Position numbers and translations under genes: made by a program
NCBI GenBank assembly: GCA_951406725.2
Contig: OX597843.1
Location: forward strand, 20,584,001 to 20,648,000
DNA length: 64,000 nt
Reading direction: 5' to 3'
Source of the DNA: Octopus vulgaris
Taxonomy: Eukaryota
Part shown: in pieces, positions 26,400 to 39,575 of the stretch
Layout: every line of letters begins with the position of its first letter
Numbering within the stretch: position 1 is the first letter of the stretch
The notes under the pieces: model-generated
Databases searched by the model: none
What the model was told of the DNA's origin: nothing
What the model saw: only the letters and a program-made list of their open reading frames with translations

Positions 26400-26665
26400 A
26401 TAATAGTTATCACCATACCAATATGGCATTCTTATAAAAATGAGAATAAAGCTGTCCGCTTATTAGCTCCATGAGGCCATCGCCTTAAGTTAGCTATTTG
26501 ATACACAAACTGTATCCATATAACCTTCGAACAAGGGAGGTCAGTCGCTCCACACTACTTGATCGACAGCTACAGACGCGTTTCGGGGTATTGCCCCTTT
26601 TCAATGTAGCGTAGTCAGACCAGTAGGTGTCGCTTCTGACAATCTCTGTTCGAAGGTTTTATTTA
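26400..26665 (-). mobile_element. Non-coding PLE pLTR-like repeat (homolog 47130-47335)
   Basis: Co-linear similarity to 47130-47335; contains an HHR. Confidence 0.7.
26569..26610 (-). ncRNA. Minimal type I hammerhead, U3-A8 variant
   Basis: Minus strand: GCTACA-TTGAAAA-GGGG-caata-CCCC-GAAA-CGCG-TC|TGTAGC. Confidence 0.8.
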
Positions 26666-27264
26666 CCTAGCTTCAGTGGAATACATCCACTTGTTTTCAA
26701 TAATAGAAATATTAAAATTACTAAGTCTCTCTAAAAGAGATCACGGCAGCGTTCCTGGAAAATAATAGCTGTCGACCTTGGCTTTTCTATTTGACGACAT
26801 CTGCTTTAAATATTTTATTTCGATTTTATGTATATATGTATGTATATATTTATGTATGAGCCAATGAAGTAGACCTATACAATGTAGCTAGGGGAAATAG
26901 CAGCCAAATCTCCCTCAAAAACCCTACTGTTTTAATTCGAAAATGCTACCCATCATGTTGTTTGAATGAGAAACTGTAACTAAATGTTAAGGTTATTAAC
27001 ACCAAAATCTTACCTGTTTTAATAGCATTTGATCTTTTCTCTTTTTTGCGTATTTTTTTTTATGTCAGGTGCAAAGGTGAAGAGGGTTAACTTGGACGGT
27101 GTAAAGTAGTGGAGATGTTTGTTTATTGTATGTGGTGGTTACTTTTGTCTGTTTCTTCTCCATAAGTATGAATGATTGAAAACGAATCTTAACATAATAT
27201 ATATACAACTTCAAGTGGAATCAGACATCATAAGAGAGACAGAGAGAGGAAAGAAGAGAGTCAG

Positions 27265-27570
27265 CATAGCGATGGTTTTGGCTGACTGTCATCATGTACG
27301 ACACTTGTTGCTAGCTAAATGGTATGTGCTGGCTCTCTGAACAAGCTCGTTGCTTTTAATGGCGGAAAAAAACAGGACGAAAAGATTACAAAAATAGCGA
27401 TTCTTATTTTGAAACCAGCAATTCTGAAAATCTTTTTAGATTACGGAACGCCCTGCTCTCCCATGTGTCCATGTTTAAAATTTCAGTGCGATCGGATGAC
27501 AAATACTTGGGTTATAAGCGCACAAACAGACAGACAGAACGGATTTGATGTATCAGATATATATACATAT
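27265..27570 (-). mobile_element. Non-autonomous Helitron/Helentron (DINE-1-like) fragment
   Basis: AAATTTCAGTGCGATCGGATGAC...TTATAAGCGCACAAACAGACAGACAG motif; absent from the paralog. Confidence 0.5.
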
Positions 27571-27839
27571 ATATTGTCAAGGGATGGTAGGGGACAAACA
27601 CAAGCTCAAAGGTGGTGGTCTCTTTGCATCACTGCAAATTAACGCTTCAGCAAAAGGGACTGATAGAATATATAGCAAACTTTATAAAAATAAGTAATGA
27701 GTTCGATTTGTTCGAGGAATACTCTTTAATGTGATACTCCAGTATGGTCGCCGTATACTGGCTAGCACAGGGAAGAGATAAAAGGTAGGTTCATCCGTAC
27801 ATATATACATGGTCCAAAAACCGGATTACTATCTCCTAA

Positions 27840-28325
27840 TTTGAAGGGTATCCGTTTGCAATCCAGGAACAGGAAATTTCAACCAAATAGCTAATGCACA
27901 AAAGGGACAAAGATGCAGGCAAAACAGTAAAGCGTGACAGCCGATGCAGATTACGTGGCGGTAACACCGAAGATATCACCCATATTACAAGCAGTTGTCC
28001 GAAAATGTCATCATGATTTAATCTACCGATGTGACATGATGTAGCTAGGACACTGTATAATGAAATCCGTCGGAAGAATAATTCCAAATATAAAGAAATA
28101 TAATCCCACAATATGGTGCGAGCTAAAACCGCTACCAATAAAATGGAGCGCTGCCGGAATGTCCCAATGAAATGTAAACACAGTAGACCTGACATGGTGA
28201 TTTGGGATTGAGGAGAGAAACTGTGTACACTTGTGGAAATCAGCTGCCCAGTGGATGTTAACATGAAGCTAAAGATCAACGAAAAAGAAAATACCTTCGT
28301 TGAACTATTGAGTAATCTGCAGGAA
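27840..28325 (+). mobile_element. R4/Dong-like REL non-LTR 3' fragment
   Basis: AIQEQEIST, CRL...EDITHITSSC, RPDMVIWD...LVEISCP...KINEK (zinc knuckle plus PD-(D/E)xK), with stops. Confidence 0.8.
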
Positions 28326-28630
28326 TTCTTCATTTCATCTTCATCCTATTGTTCTCCTCCTATTCTTTTTCATCTGAATTGTTTGAATATTCAGTGATAA
28401 CATCAATATCAACATTCTCATCCGCTTTCTCGTCATATTCATCCTCATCATCATAACAACCTTCAACATCGTATTTATGATCAACATTATCGCTGTCATC
28501 ATCATCATCATCATCTTCGTCATCATCATCACGATCATAATATTGATTGTCATCATCGTCTCACCCTTCTCTCTCATTGTCCTCTTTTCTCACTTTATCT
28601 GATTCTTAATACTCAACATTTATTATTTCA

Positions 28631-31600
28631 GTAGCGGGATCCATGAATATTCCACGGAATTAATTATAAAACTTTTCGGTGACTCCTGAAAAATTTATCC
28701 AAAAAATCTGAAATCGTAGACTGTGTTGTGTGTGTATGAAAAGAATGTTTCTCATCTGCTATTCAATGAAAATTGAAGGAAACTGAAATACGATGATTAC
28801 TTAATGCACTTTATATATGTACTTTATATACATCATGTACGATTTTATAGACTTAATACACAGCAATCATACAATAAATATTTAATATTTTTTCCATATA
28901 CCCCATAGAGAGAAAAAATTACACTTTAAAATTTACATGGCCACAAATTCATATCAAGAAAACAAAAATATTATAGTAAAAAATTTATTTTATAGGTAAA
29001 AGATAGGGTTGAAAATTTAATGCAACATGGCATCGTCTGAAAGCCACATCGTTGGTAGTTCATAAGAAAGGCGTGCATGAGAGCTTATATATATTTCAAT
29101 TTACGTACACCTTTCAATCCAATACTTCGTTTCAGATTGTGTTGTTCGCGTAACTTCTCCCTCTTCTTTTGCCTTGTTTGTCAGCGTTGATAACTTTAAC
29201 TTTAATATCAATAATGTTTGTGAGCCCTTGGGAAACAACATATAGCTGACCATTAATAGGCACGAAGGTTCAGGCAAGAATAGCTCCAGTTTATCAAATG
29301 TCTGCCTACGTGATTTATTGATAGTCATTGCAATTGTCAAGCGAACGGGGTTTGGTATCTCAGTACCAGCCTTATTCTGTGAATGAGAATACGTCTCCCG
29401 ATCAATGTGCCACTTATTATTGAGGCTTCAATGGAGTCTTGATGGAGGGCTTCCCCTTTCAGTCTTGTTCCGTTATAGAGACCATTTTCAATTGAAATAT
29501 TCCTGAGGAGCATGATTATGGAGTCAGGTTTCAAATGCAATCTAGGAGGTGGCATTCCAGATGGTGTCCATGAAATCAGAAATTCCAGTGGATATCGCTC
29601 AGCTTCAGCAGGTCATCTGTGAAGACCTTATCCATCATGTAATAAAAGCACTGGTAACCTGGGAGTTTATCCATAACCCCTTCGTTTATCTTTAAGCAGT
29701 CTGAACGTTTTGGTGAGAGGATCACTCTACATGTTATTTGTTCTTGAGGGGCATTGCCAAAAAGCATCATTTATCAGCGACCCATTAAAGCATGAATCAT
29801 GTAGCACTTCTACATAATCACTGACTCACTTGGATCTTGCATAAGAGCTGCGGAACCATTATCAAGGTGTTGTGGCCATGTTGCGAATTGTCTTCGATCT
29901 GTTACTGCTCTATTTTGGCTCAACATATAATTGTCTGAAGTGTAACCAGAGAGGAGAGTTCTTAATGGAGATCTGAATTACTGCCTCACGAGTTCCTCTT
30001 GGCAATATTGGCAGAACTTGCATGAAGTCTCTACCAATGAGCACAACTTTTCAACCGAAACCTTCATTGTTGCCAGTGATTTCTTTCAGAGCTTTGTCAT
30101 TAGCAGGAAAAGCATACAGAGGGATCATGGAAGCCTGATCTATAATAATCAAATACAAATTTCTCAAATAATTTCTGGTCAGAGCTGGGTGGTACACTGC
30201 AAAAGCTAGTTTCCAACAGAGGAATGGGCAATTTGCGCAAACTGTGCACCGTCCTTCCACCAGACATCAATGTTGAAGCTATGCCTCTGCACGCACCACT
30301 TGATAGTTTCTCCTTCGTAGATGTGAGATCAGCGTATTAAATATGTAATTCTTGTCCCAACCTCCAGGAACCTCTGCATAGAAGCAGGAACATTCCAGCA
30401 CCTCACCTCACCTTTTATCATCAACTGTCTTTAATGAATGCATCAGCGATCACTCTCTGTTCATCGGTAACGGTTGCAATGCCGGGGTGGTTCATGTCAT
30501 GTTTATGCCCTACCCGATACACTCGAAGTGGTTCAGACAAGCCAACATTAAGACCGCTAATGCCAGTTTCAATTTGCATAGAATTTATAGAGTGTAGAGT
30601 ATGCATTCAAACCTCACTGAGCATAATCTACCATCATGGTATTCTTGTGAGTGTTCCTCAGGCGAAGGACATTTGAATGATTTGAATAGGTGCAAAGGAC
30701 AACAAACGTGATACGCGGCTGAAATGCCCTCCGATATGCAGCACCTTTAGTATGGCATGTTCCAACATCACATAATTTTGGAGAAGACCAAGTCATATGT
30801 ACGCATCTTTAAATCTTGCATAGATTTCACCTCCTACCGTGTTCACTTCTTCAAAGCTCCTCTCTGCAGGTTGTCCATAAGTCCACTGTACTGCTCTACG
30901 AGCAACTGGGCCTGATGGTCCCCAAGTTACTGCAATCAGCAACCCTAAATTACATCGTGAGTCGTCTGCGAGCGGATGTTCTGCGTTTCGCCACATATAG
31001 AAACTTACAGTGCCATCCGGACTTTCCATGAGGGAATAGAAGTGGATAACTCATTGGGACTAGATGGCACAATGTCTACGAGATTCGCTCTGCAGGTATA
31101 TTCCATGGATAGACAAGAATGTCTCTGTTTTCACGTTGCAGCAATTTCATTGCTTGTGGAAATATTGTAACGCCTTATAAAATCCCTTCTTCTGAAATGT
31201 AGTTCACACTTTCGCAATTGTACATTTACACTCCTGGTACTTTCATTATAATATATATATATAATTGTAATATATATTGTTACGGGTTTAACTAGTGCAG
31301 TGTTTCTGACCCACATCGTGGATATGGTTCCAGTATGTCTGGTGAAAATGTGACAGTGTTTTGTCTAATGGAGGACTAATGGGTTTTGGACTGACCTGTG
31401 ACCTCGTGTGGTTGATAAGAGGGTCAGTGAGAAGTGAAAGAAAAGGGACAGATTAAGGGCTGAGAGCAAATAGAGATAGAGTATAAGCAGTAAGGGACGG
31501 ATGGAGAGGCTAAGAGTCTGGCAGGCGATAGCGATAGCGTAAGAGCAGAGGGCAATTAGAAAGGATAAGCAGTAAGGGACAGATAGAGAGGCTAAGGGAT

Positions 31601-32640
31601 TGAGGCGATATAGATAGAGTAAGGAATCAGAGAGCAGTTAGAAAGGGTATGAGCGATATAGACAGAGGGAGATGAGGGAGTGGAAGAAGGACAGAGACGA
31701 AGTGAGGTCTGGCAGTTCGTAGTTGGTCGTCAAGAAGAGCGGTCGGTTGAGTGGCCGTCGAAGAAGACAGACGGATCTTGCGGTCGGTTGAGCGGTCGTG
31801 GAAGAACACTGACGGATCTTGGACAGATCAGCAGGGATCTTGGGATTTGAGGAGCAAGCGATTGGAATATGCAGAGGGGATATGTACAGAAGGATTTAGC
31901 AGTATTCAGAGGAATTGGCAGGATTGAGAGGAATGGGACACTGGCAGATTCAATTAGGAATTGAGGTATGTGTTGTGCATTGATATGTGTCACGGTGTAT
32001 TGAACAGTGAAGAGAACAGTCAAGGACTCTGTCGATATGTCGATTATCGAGTTGTGGTATTTATGTTCAGAATTGAGTAAGGGACTTGTTGATGTCACTT
32101 TATCTGTGATGTTCAGAAAGAGACTTTAAAGAACTGTTGTCTTCGGACGTGTACTCTTGAAATGCTGTTGTATTATGCGTTGATCTGTTGCATGATGTAT
32201 TGAGTAGTCACGTGCATGTTTCCTTTAAATGCTTTGATGTATCTTGATGTTGTAACAATTGTAATAGTCATATAAACTGTTGTTTGAATATATAAGCCAG
32301 TGTCTCTGTTGCCTTGCCTCTCTTTGGGTTGTATCTCGGGTTGTATCTGTATCTCTGTGCTGCTGAGGTTGTGGTTGTTGTTGTATCTCCTCTCGTCTCC
32401 TCCTCTTGGGTTCCGTGGCGGAATTTGTGTGCCGTTCGGGGCGAGCGACGACAACGGGCGATTTCCATCTCGTTCGTAACAATATATACGCCGAACATAT
32501 GACACTGTATATAAGTGTGAATATTTCATGGAATTGCATTTCTGATCATGCGTTAAGTGATAGATTTAAAATACTTACTACCACCACACCCACAACCACT
32601 ACCACCATTTCTCTTAGCTTCCCTTTTTATCTCTTAACTT
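28631..32640 (-). mobile_element. Degenerate Helitron with PIF1-like helicase, internally deleted Rep and 3' terminus
   Basis: AMTINKS, IMLLRNI..GLYNGTRL, IIIDQASM, decayed Walker A PGGWDKN (~30350), MSYPLLFPHGKSGW (~31010-31054). 3' CTAC|T at 28631 with hairpin 28640-28658. 32485-32640 resembles 8790-8970. Confidence 0.88.
31278..32481. mobile_element. Solo LTR (~1.2 kb)
   Basis: TGTTACG...CGTAACA termini, flanked by ATAT(AT) on both sides, non-coding, internal degenerate tandem repeats at 31450-31640. Confidence 0.8.
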
Positions 32641-32649
32641 CTTACACAT

Positions 32650-34487
32650 TATAACACTGAGGCTTTTCAACCTCTTGTCAATCCTCTTCATCGCTTGTGT
32701 ACGTGTACTCCAGCATCGCCCATGCTAGCTTAAAATTAAGGTATGCTCCGAGTTGGCGTCACCCGGCCACGAGTGATATTCCTCTTTTAGTCCCCCCAGC
32801 CTATGAAACATGCGCAACGTTATGAACTGCACAGCCATCTGCGGAGGCCATTCGGGTTACCGTGCGAAGGCCAAAGGTACTCCCTTGTAGTGTTCTACCA
32901 CCACCTTTTCCACCACTCCCCCTCTATAACAGAAGAACAGCAGTTCTTTCTCCTCCGGTTACGAGGTAGTCAATCCTACCATTGGCGGAACAATTCTTAC
33001 CAAGTGTGTCTACCCACGCCGCCCCGCCAGTGGCACGACCCCCACCGATTAGGCTCCATGTCTCCAACTGTCGGCAATATCCCGTTTCTCTTCTTCCTCT
33101 ATTTTCTTCTTGAATGGGGGAGGGTGCATCTCGTCCGTGACCGGAACATGTGCCTCCCCTCCCGAATTCCCAGACTCCTTCGGTGAGCACCCATTATTAC
33201 TCACCTTCTTCCTTTTGCGGCTCTTCTTTGAGGCATCCTCTGTCTCTTCGGCCGCCTGCATTCCTTCTTCTACAGAAGTCTCCGTTAACCGCTCCAGGAT
33301 TTTGCTTTGCCCTTGAGGACAGTTCTTTTTTATATGGCCAGGCTCCAGGCACCGATAAAACTTGGAGGGGGGCTTCCTCAAGCATCACCGGATACTTGGA
33401 CAAGCCGATTCTCAAAAAGTCTGGAAATACCAGACTTTCGGCTGACTTGGTCCAGAGGGTCAAAACAGCTTTTGACCCCTCCCAGTAAGCCGCAGGCAGA
33501 ATATTTACATTGAAGAGCTTGGTGCTACTGCCACCCAGACCCCGGCGGATTGTATCTCCTATCCACTCGGGCTCAGCACCGGGTGGAAAGCCGCAAACCC
33601 AAGCCCTCCTCAACTTCTTCCCACAATAAGTGGGAAGAAATAAAATTTCATTGCCTTCCAGGAGCTGGCACGCAAATTCACAATCCATTTCTGGGGAGTC
33701 AAACATCAACCACACGGTTGCATATTTGACCCTCCGAGTGATAAACTTAATAGCTGGCTTAAATTCTGCCATGTCTCTTTCGATTATATTGTTTGAAAAC
33801 GGCAATGGCGTCGAGGATCCTAGAGTAGGTCCTCAAAACCACCGTCTTACTTTCAAGTTCTTTTAATCATCTTTTGGGTAGTATAAATTCCCACTCCACC
33901 AACTTTCCATTGTTCTTTGCCATGTTTGTTTTATAAAAATGTCCAAAAAACACTTCATAAAATACAAAATAATTAAGAGAAAAAGCCCAAACAAAAAAGG
34001 AGAAAAAATTATAAGTTCAATAAAGAGTCTTTTTTTAAATAAAAGAGAGACGAAGAGAGAGCAGCAGTTCAAAACACAGCAAAGGCCACTCGGTACTCCA
34101 GGCCAAAATTTTAACGCAAATCATTCAAATTTTCTTCTCATAGGAACTCCTTAACAGGAACAATATTGTTGAAATATTTTCTAAAAATTGCCAGAGTTAT
34201 TCCTGGACAAACACGATTCTCAAACAAAATTTTGCGGCAGGATACGCCCACCAAAACAATAATTTTCACAGTTAAGTGAAAAAATATTCACTCAGCTACA
34301 AGTAGACTAGAATCCAGTGAGGACTTCTTGTTTGTAAACAATAATTGTGGCAGACAGCAGGCCCCCACTAGACCCCAAAAAAAGTCTTACCTTATAACTG
34401 TGTTTCAAAACTCTTCCATTTAAGACGGCTTCAAAAACACGTCTTTACTGCTTCAGTATCAAACACAACTCCGATTCGCACATGCAC
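32650..34487 (-). mobile_element. L1/Tx1-like ORF1 (gag-like) with probable 5' UTR
   Basis: Frameshifted ORFs 33197-33805 and 33049-33381 with knuckle YRCLEPGHIKKNCP followed by a basic/acidic tail. Confidence 0.65.
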
Positions 34488-34489
34488 AA

Positions 34490-34528
34490 TGAGGTAAGCA
34501 AGCTACTTACCACACAGCCACTCCTGCA
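34490..34528 (-). mobile_element. SINE head fragment
   Basis: Reverse complement GCAGGAGTGGCTGTGTGGTAAGTAGCTTGCTTAC matches the 25690 head. Confidence 0.7.
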
Positions 34529-34529
34529 C

Positions 34530-35520
34530 TGATTCTGGTGATGATTTCAAATTTTTTTTTCACCTCATCGTTTGAAATGATGGCAGGAAGCTCTTTAAAA
34601 ATTGTTTGAATGTGTTTTCATTTTTTTCAAATCCCCAATCCCAATCGGTAACGATTTTAGCCAATGCTTTTGAACGACGCATTAACAAAAGTTTTAACAG
34701 AAAAATTTTGGAAATCGTTGATCACCATTATAATCCACACATTTTTCAAAAAAATGTGAAACGTAATTTGAAATCAATGGCGACATTTTAAAATTGTGTT
34801 CATTAACCTCGCATATTCCCATAACGATGTTATTTTCCCAGCAGCTTTTGCATTTTTTGTCCAATTTTAATGAAAATCGATGAGTGAGCAAGGCTCATGG
34901 CAGTGAGTTGATTTCAGTATATGACGTTGAGAAAAAAATTGGTAATTGCGCCGGAGCAGTGGTTTTATAAAATCAATAGACGTTTTGCGTCAAAATACCC
35001 ATGAGGGTTATATTTTTGGCCGTAAATTTCATATTTTTCATCCGATTTTAATGAAATATGAATTTTAGATAAATGTTTGGTGGTGGATACGGTAAAAGGT
35101 ATTTATTTAATTCAAAAGAGCTTGAAAAGGGCATAAAGGTACATAGGCATTTCCATACAGACATTCTTAACGATTTTGTAGAAATATTACACGTGATTAC
35201 AGTTCATGTCCATTAGTTGATACCAGATGAAGAGTTGACAAAAAATCGATCACTGATTTTTAAAAAATCTATAGGCTTTTTGTATGCAATCACCCATAGG
35301 ATTAGTAATTTAGGCTGTAACTTTTACACAATTCATTCGATTTTAATGAACTTTGACTTTTAGATAAAGTTTAAGGCCTGAGTCATGTAGTAGCATTAAA
35401 ATTAAAATGATGAAAGGCAGAAATCGTCAAAATCATTCACAATCAAATAACGAACTGATTTTGAAGAAAATTGAACAGTGTGTAAAATTATAATATATAA
35501 AACGTCGGTTATTTATATAA
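34530..35520. mobile_element. Probable non-autonomous DNA transposon remnant
   Basis: Degenerate direct repeats 34990-35085 and 35285-35375 (CGATTTTAATGAA...TTTTAGATAAA). No ORF; termini not found. Confidence 0.4.
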
Positions 35521-35932
35521 CGTATTGAGATTAAAATGTCAATGGAATATTTTCATGTAAATGGTCACATGGATTCTATTTTATGACATAAACTTACCAC
35601 TCTTCTTTAGATTTTGCTGAGATTGGACACACTGATCTATTTTGTACCGAGAGTAACATTCAGGGGAAAGAAATAAACAGACATCACTCTCAATGTGTCG
35701 AAGTACACCCAAACGTTTCAATGCGATTTCAGACGGTCCAGTATGGAGGAGTATGTCCAAAGCGTTAAGCGGGTAAAATCCCTGCCGAATCAGATATAAC
35801 ATCTCAATTGGTAACAGTTGGTAGAGGGAATGTAGAAGATTTCGATACAAGTTCAGAGGTGGGCTTAACTTCAACACGGAAAACACGAGCAATATATATA
35901 TATATGGATGCACATGAGCATATATATATATA

Positions 35933-36193
35933 GAGGCAGAAGTTCTAGTGGTTAGAGCAGCACACTCGCGCTCGACGGATCGCGGTTTCGAATCTCAGAT
36001 TATGCGATGTTTGTTTATGAGCGGAACACCACAGCTCCACGCGGCTCCGGCGTAAGGTAATGGTGATCCCGTGCTGACTCTTTCTCCATCACATTCTCTC
36101 ACTCTTTCCTCCTGATTCTCGCAGCTCACCGGCAAAGGTCCAGCGTTCCGTCCCTTAAGAGCCAGGCATGGCTCGAGAATGAACAGACAACAA
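35933..36193 (+). mobile_element. tRNA-derived SINE
   Basis: CTAGTGGTTAG A-box and GGTTTCGAATC B-box; head homologous to 39286. Confidence 0.75.
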
Positions 36194-36677
36194 TATATAT
36201 ACTATTTATTAATTTAATGGACACAGTACCTGACTTTAAGTTAAGTTTCATATGTTGAGGGATATCTCAAACATATACACCCGGCACAAACAACATATCG
36301 TTACGAACTAAAGAAAAATGAATAAGAGAAGAAACTTGAGAAAACTGAGAATATAGCATATAGAAAATGTAGAAAGTTAAAAAAAGAAAATGAAAACACA
36401 AAAATCTAAAAATTAAAAAGTAGAAAAGGTGAAAGTGTAATCCTTCTTAGCTCTTAAATTAAAGGGATGGAAAGATAGCAAAATGTTAATAAAGAATAGG
36501 TAGCGAACTTAGTAGCTTAGCTTGTGTCCTTATGTCGGAAGGAGGCTACGTGATTGGCATACCGATTTTTAAAATTATTCTTTTTATCTAAATATGTATG
36601 TATATATAAGTATGTATGTTTGTATGTTTCTATTTGTCTCTCTCGCTCTATCTAAATTATCTATCTATCTATCTATC

Positions 36678-39101
36678 CGACGTTTTGGCGGCGAGGTTGG
36701 CCCTCGACCAACACTTCAACGTCAAACACGAAGGGTGTGTTGTCAGAGCTAAGATGCGTGCTCTGAGAAACGAATGTGTTAGAGCCGCGAGAGAAGCCCG
36801 GGTGGCAGAGGCGCAACAGGGCAACAAAGTCATCATTCAGTCTCTGGTAGATGAACAGGGGCGTGAATTGCTCGAGCCAAGTAAAATGTGTGTGGCCTTC
36901 AAACAGCATTTTGCCCGACTTTTCGGTACGAGTGGCGGTCAAGGACGTACGGGGGACTTCTGTGTCTACCTACACAGCCTACCACGACTCTCGACAAGAA
37001 AGGCAGGGCGCTGCGAAGGTGCCATCACGGCGGTGGAAGTGTAGGACGCGATGGCAGAGTGGTCGAGATACAAATCGACGGGTTTGGTTGGTCTACACCA
37101 CGAGCTTTACAGTTGTATGCCAGACTTGTTTGGAGACGTCTTGGCAGCGGTGTACTGCAACTGGCAGCAAAACTGGAGCATTCCTGGTTGTGTGATCTGA
37201 GGAGCCGTAACACTCCTGAAGAAAGATCTAAACAAGGGGAATGTTATAGATAACTTTAGGCCCATTACTCTGCTGAATGCAGACTTGAACATTTTGGCCA
37301 AGGTGTTAGACAAGAGGTTGGCGCTTGTCATTGAGAAACTGGTCGACCAGGCGCAAACGTGCGCCGTGTCGGGCCGGACATTCCATGACGACCGCCACCT
37401 GATGCGCTACATCATAGACAGGGTAGTTAAAGAACCTGGCACGGGTGGGGCGCAGATCAATTTGGATCAATCGAAAGCTTTCGATAGGGTAAACCATCGA
37501 TACTTGGAGTCTGTCCTCAAAGCGGCTGGATTCGGTCCCGTCTTCCGCAGCTGGATAGCCGCTTTGTACACAGGCATCCGTACGGTAATTCGCGTAAATG
37601 GACTTTTATAGAGACCTTTAGATATTGCACGTTATGTCCGTCAGGGATGCTCCCTTTCGTCGCTTCTGAACGCATTGTCTCTCGAGCCAATATTACGGAA
37701 GCTGCCAGCTATGAAGAAGTGGAATGGATAATGAGCAGGTTGGCCACTCTCGCCCGGCAATGGGCCGAGAGAAACTGTCCCTAAATGTCGGGCGGAGGTG
37801 GCGAACTCGTACATTGCGTCCGTCATCTACTACCGCCTGACCGTCGTGCCTTGTCCCGACCCAACCATCACCAAACTAGAACGCATTCTCTTTCGCGTCT
37901 TGTGGAAATGATGCGTCCCGATGGTTAGGCGATCCATTTGCTGTCAACACCCGTTAAAGGGGAGGACTGGCCATGCTTTTTTGATGCTGCGACATCTCAG
38001 GCTCTACGTAGACGACGGTGAACAAGTGTGGTCGCCGTTTGTGAGGCACGCTTTCCCGCAACTCATCTCCATGACCGAACTGCAGTCGTGGATCAAAAAG
38101 AGACCGAGAAAGTGCGAATGGCACCGCGAGTGTCGTGTTGCTCTCAAGCAACTCTGCCGTCCTGGGTCGACCATGAGTGACATCAACACAACCCAAGCAT
38201 TCTATAGGGGATTAGTGGAGGGGAGGTACGACGACGAGCTCGGGGCGAGCCTGGACATCGACGAGGAATACCTGACCCGCATGTTCAGGACGACTTTCGG
38301 GCCAGGGCCCATTGACAACGTCCAGAGATCCCTGGCCTGGCAGTGCTACCGAGAAGCGCTACTCCTTCGGGATAAGCTCTACAGACACGGCTCGAGGAAC
38401 ACGGGGCCGACCTGCCCGAGATGCGGTCAGAGTGACGAAACCGTTCTGCACGCACTCGTGCAGTGTCCAAACATTTCCGAACTGTGGGCTTATGTCGAAC
38501 AACTGCTGTCACGTGTGTGGGACGAGTCGGTTAAACAGCCGAGTCTATGGTCAATATTGTCACGCCTCCTTTTTTCAAGCAAAAAGGAATAGCTATTTTC
38601 ATCATATGGCGACAGAATGTATCTGGTGGATGCGTATGAAAGGATTGGAGACAAACACTTTCCTCTCTGGTCAATCTCTCAACAACATCTTGTATCATCT
38701 TTTCAAGTATGGGTGAATGTAGCAAAGGATGGCACGTATGAATGACGAAGCCAGCTTGAGCATAATCCTATGAAACCGGATATTTAAAACAGAGGGTTAC
38801 TTGAAAACAAATGTGGTAACATGTAACAATATAGACCGAGGTTACTGTCTTTTTTCCGTAGGCTTTTCCTCTCACGGATAAAACTTATCTGCTTCCCCTT
38901 TACACCTTACATCATTACACTGTGATACACGATCCCTATTGATCGTTTTTTCTTTTGTTTCTTTTCCTTATTTCTTCTTCTTTCACTTTTATGACCCCTT
39001 TTGATTGAAAACCTACCCCAACATTTATTTCCTAGAAAAGAAAAGCTCTACATTGTAATCTTTCCCGTCTGTGTGCAGCTCTGTGTGTCTAATGAAGAAA
39101 C
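36678..39101 (+). mobile_element. L1/Tx1-like LINE ORF2 (5'-truncated, internally deleted) within (CTAT)n
   Basis: NFRPITLLNAD.NILAKVL, NLDQSKAFDRVNH, RQGC, and zinc motif CPRC...ETVLHALVQC. (CTAT)n at both ends. Confidence 0.9.
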
Positions 39102-39122
39102 ATCTATCTATCTATCTATCTA

Positions 39123-39154
<32 letters not shown>

Positions 39155-39171
39155 AATATATATATATAAAA

Positions 39172-39575
<404 letters not shown>

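Larger units (their letters stand above)
26772..30845 (+). repeat. Segmental duplication block A2 (paralog 60020-63545)
   Basis: Co-linear high similarity; ~27260-27670 is absent from the second copy. Confidence 0.9.

Noticed and set aside
31450-31830. Spaced short repeats resembling a CRISPR array
   Set aside because: Irregular degenerate repeats inside an LTR in eukaryotic DNA, with no cas genes.
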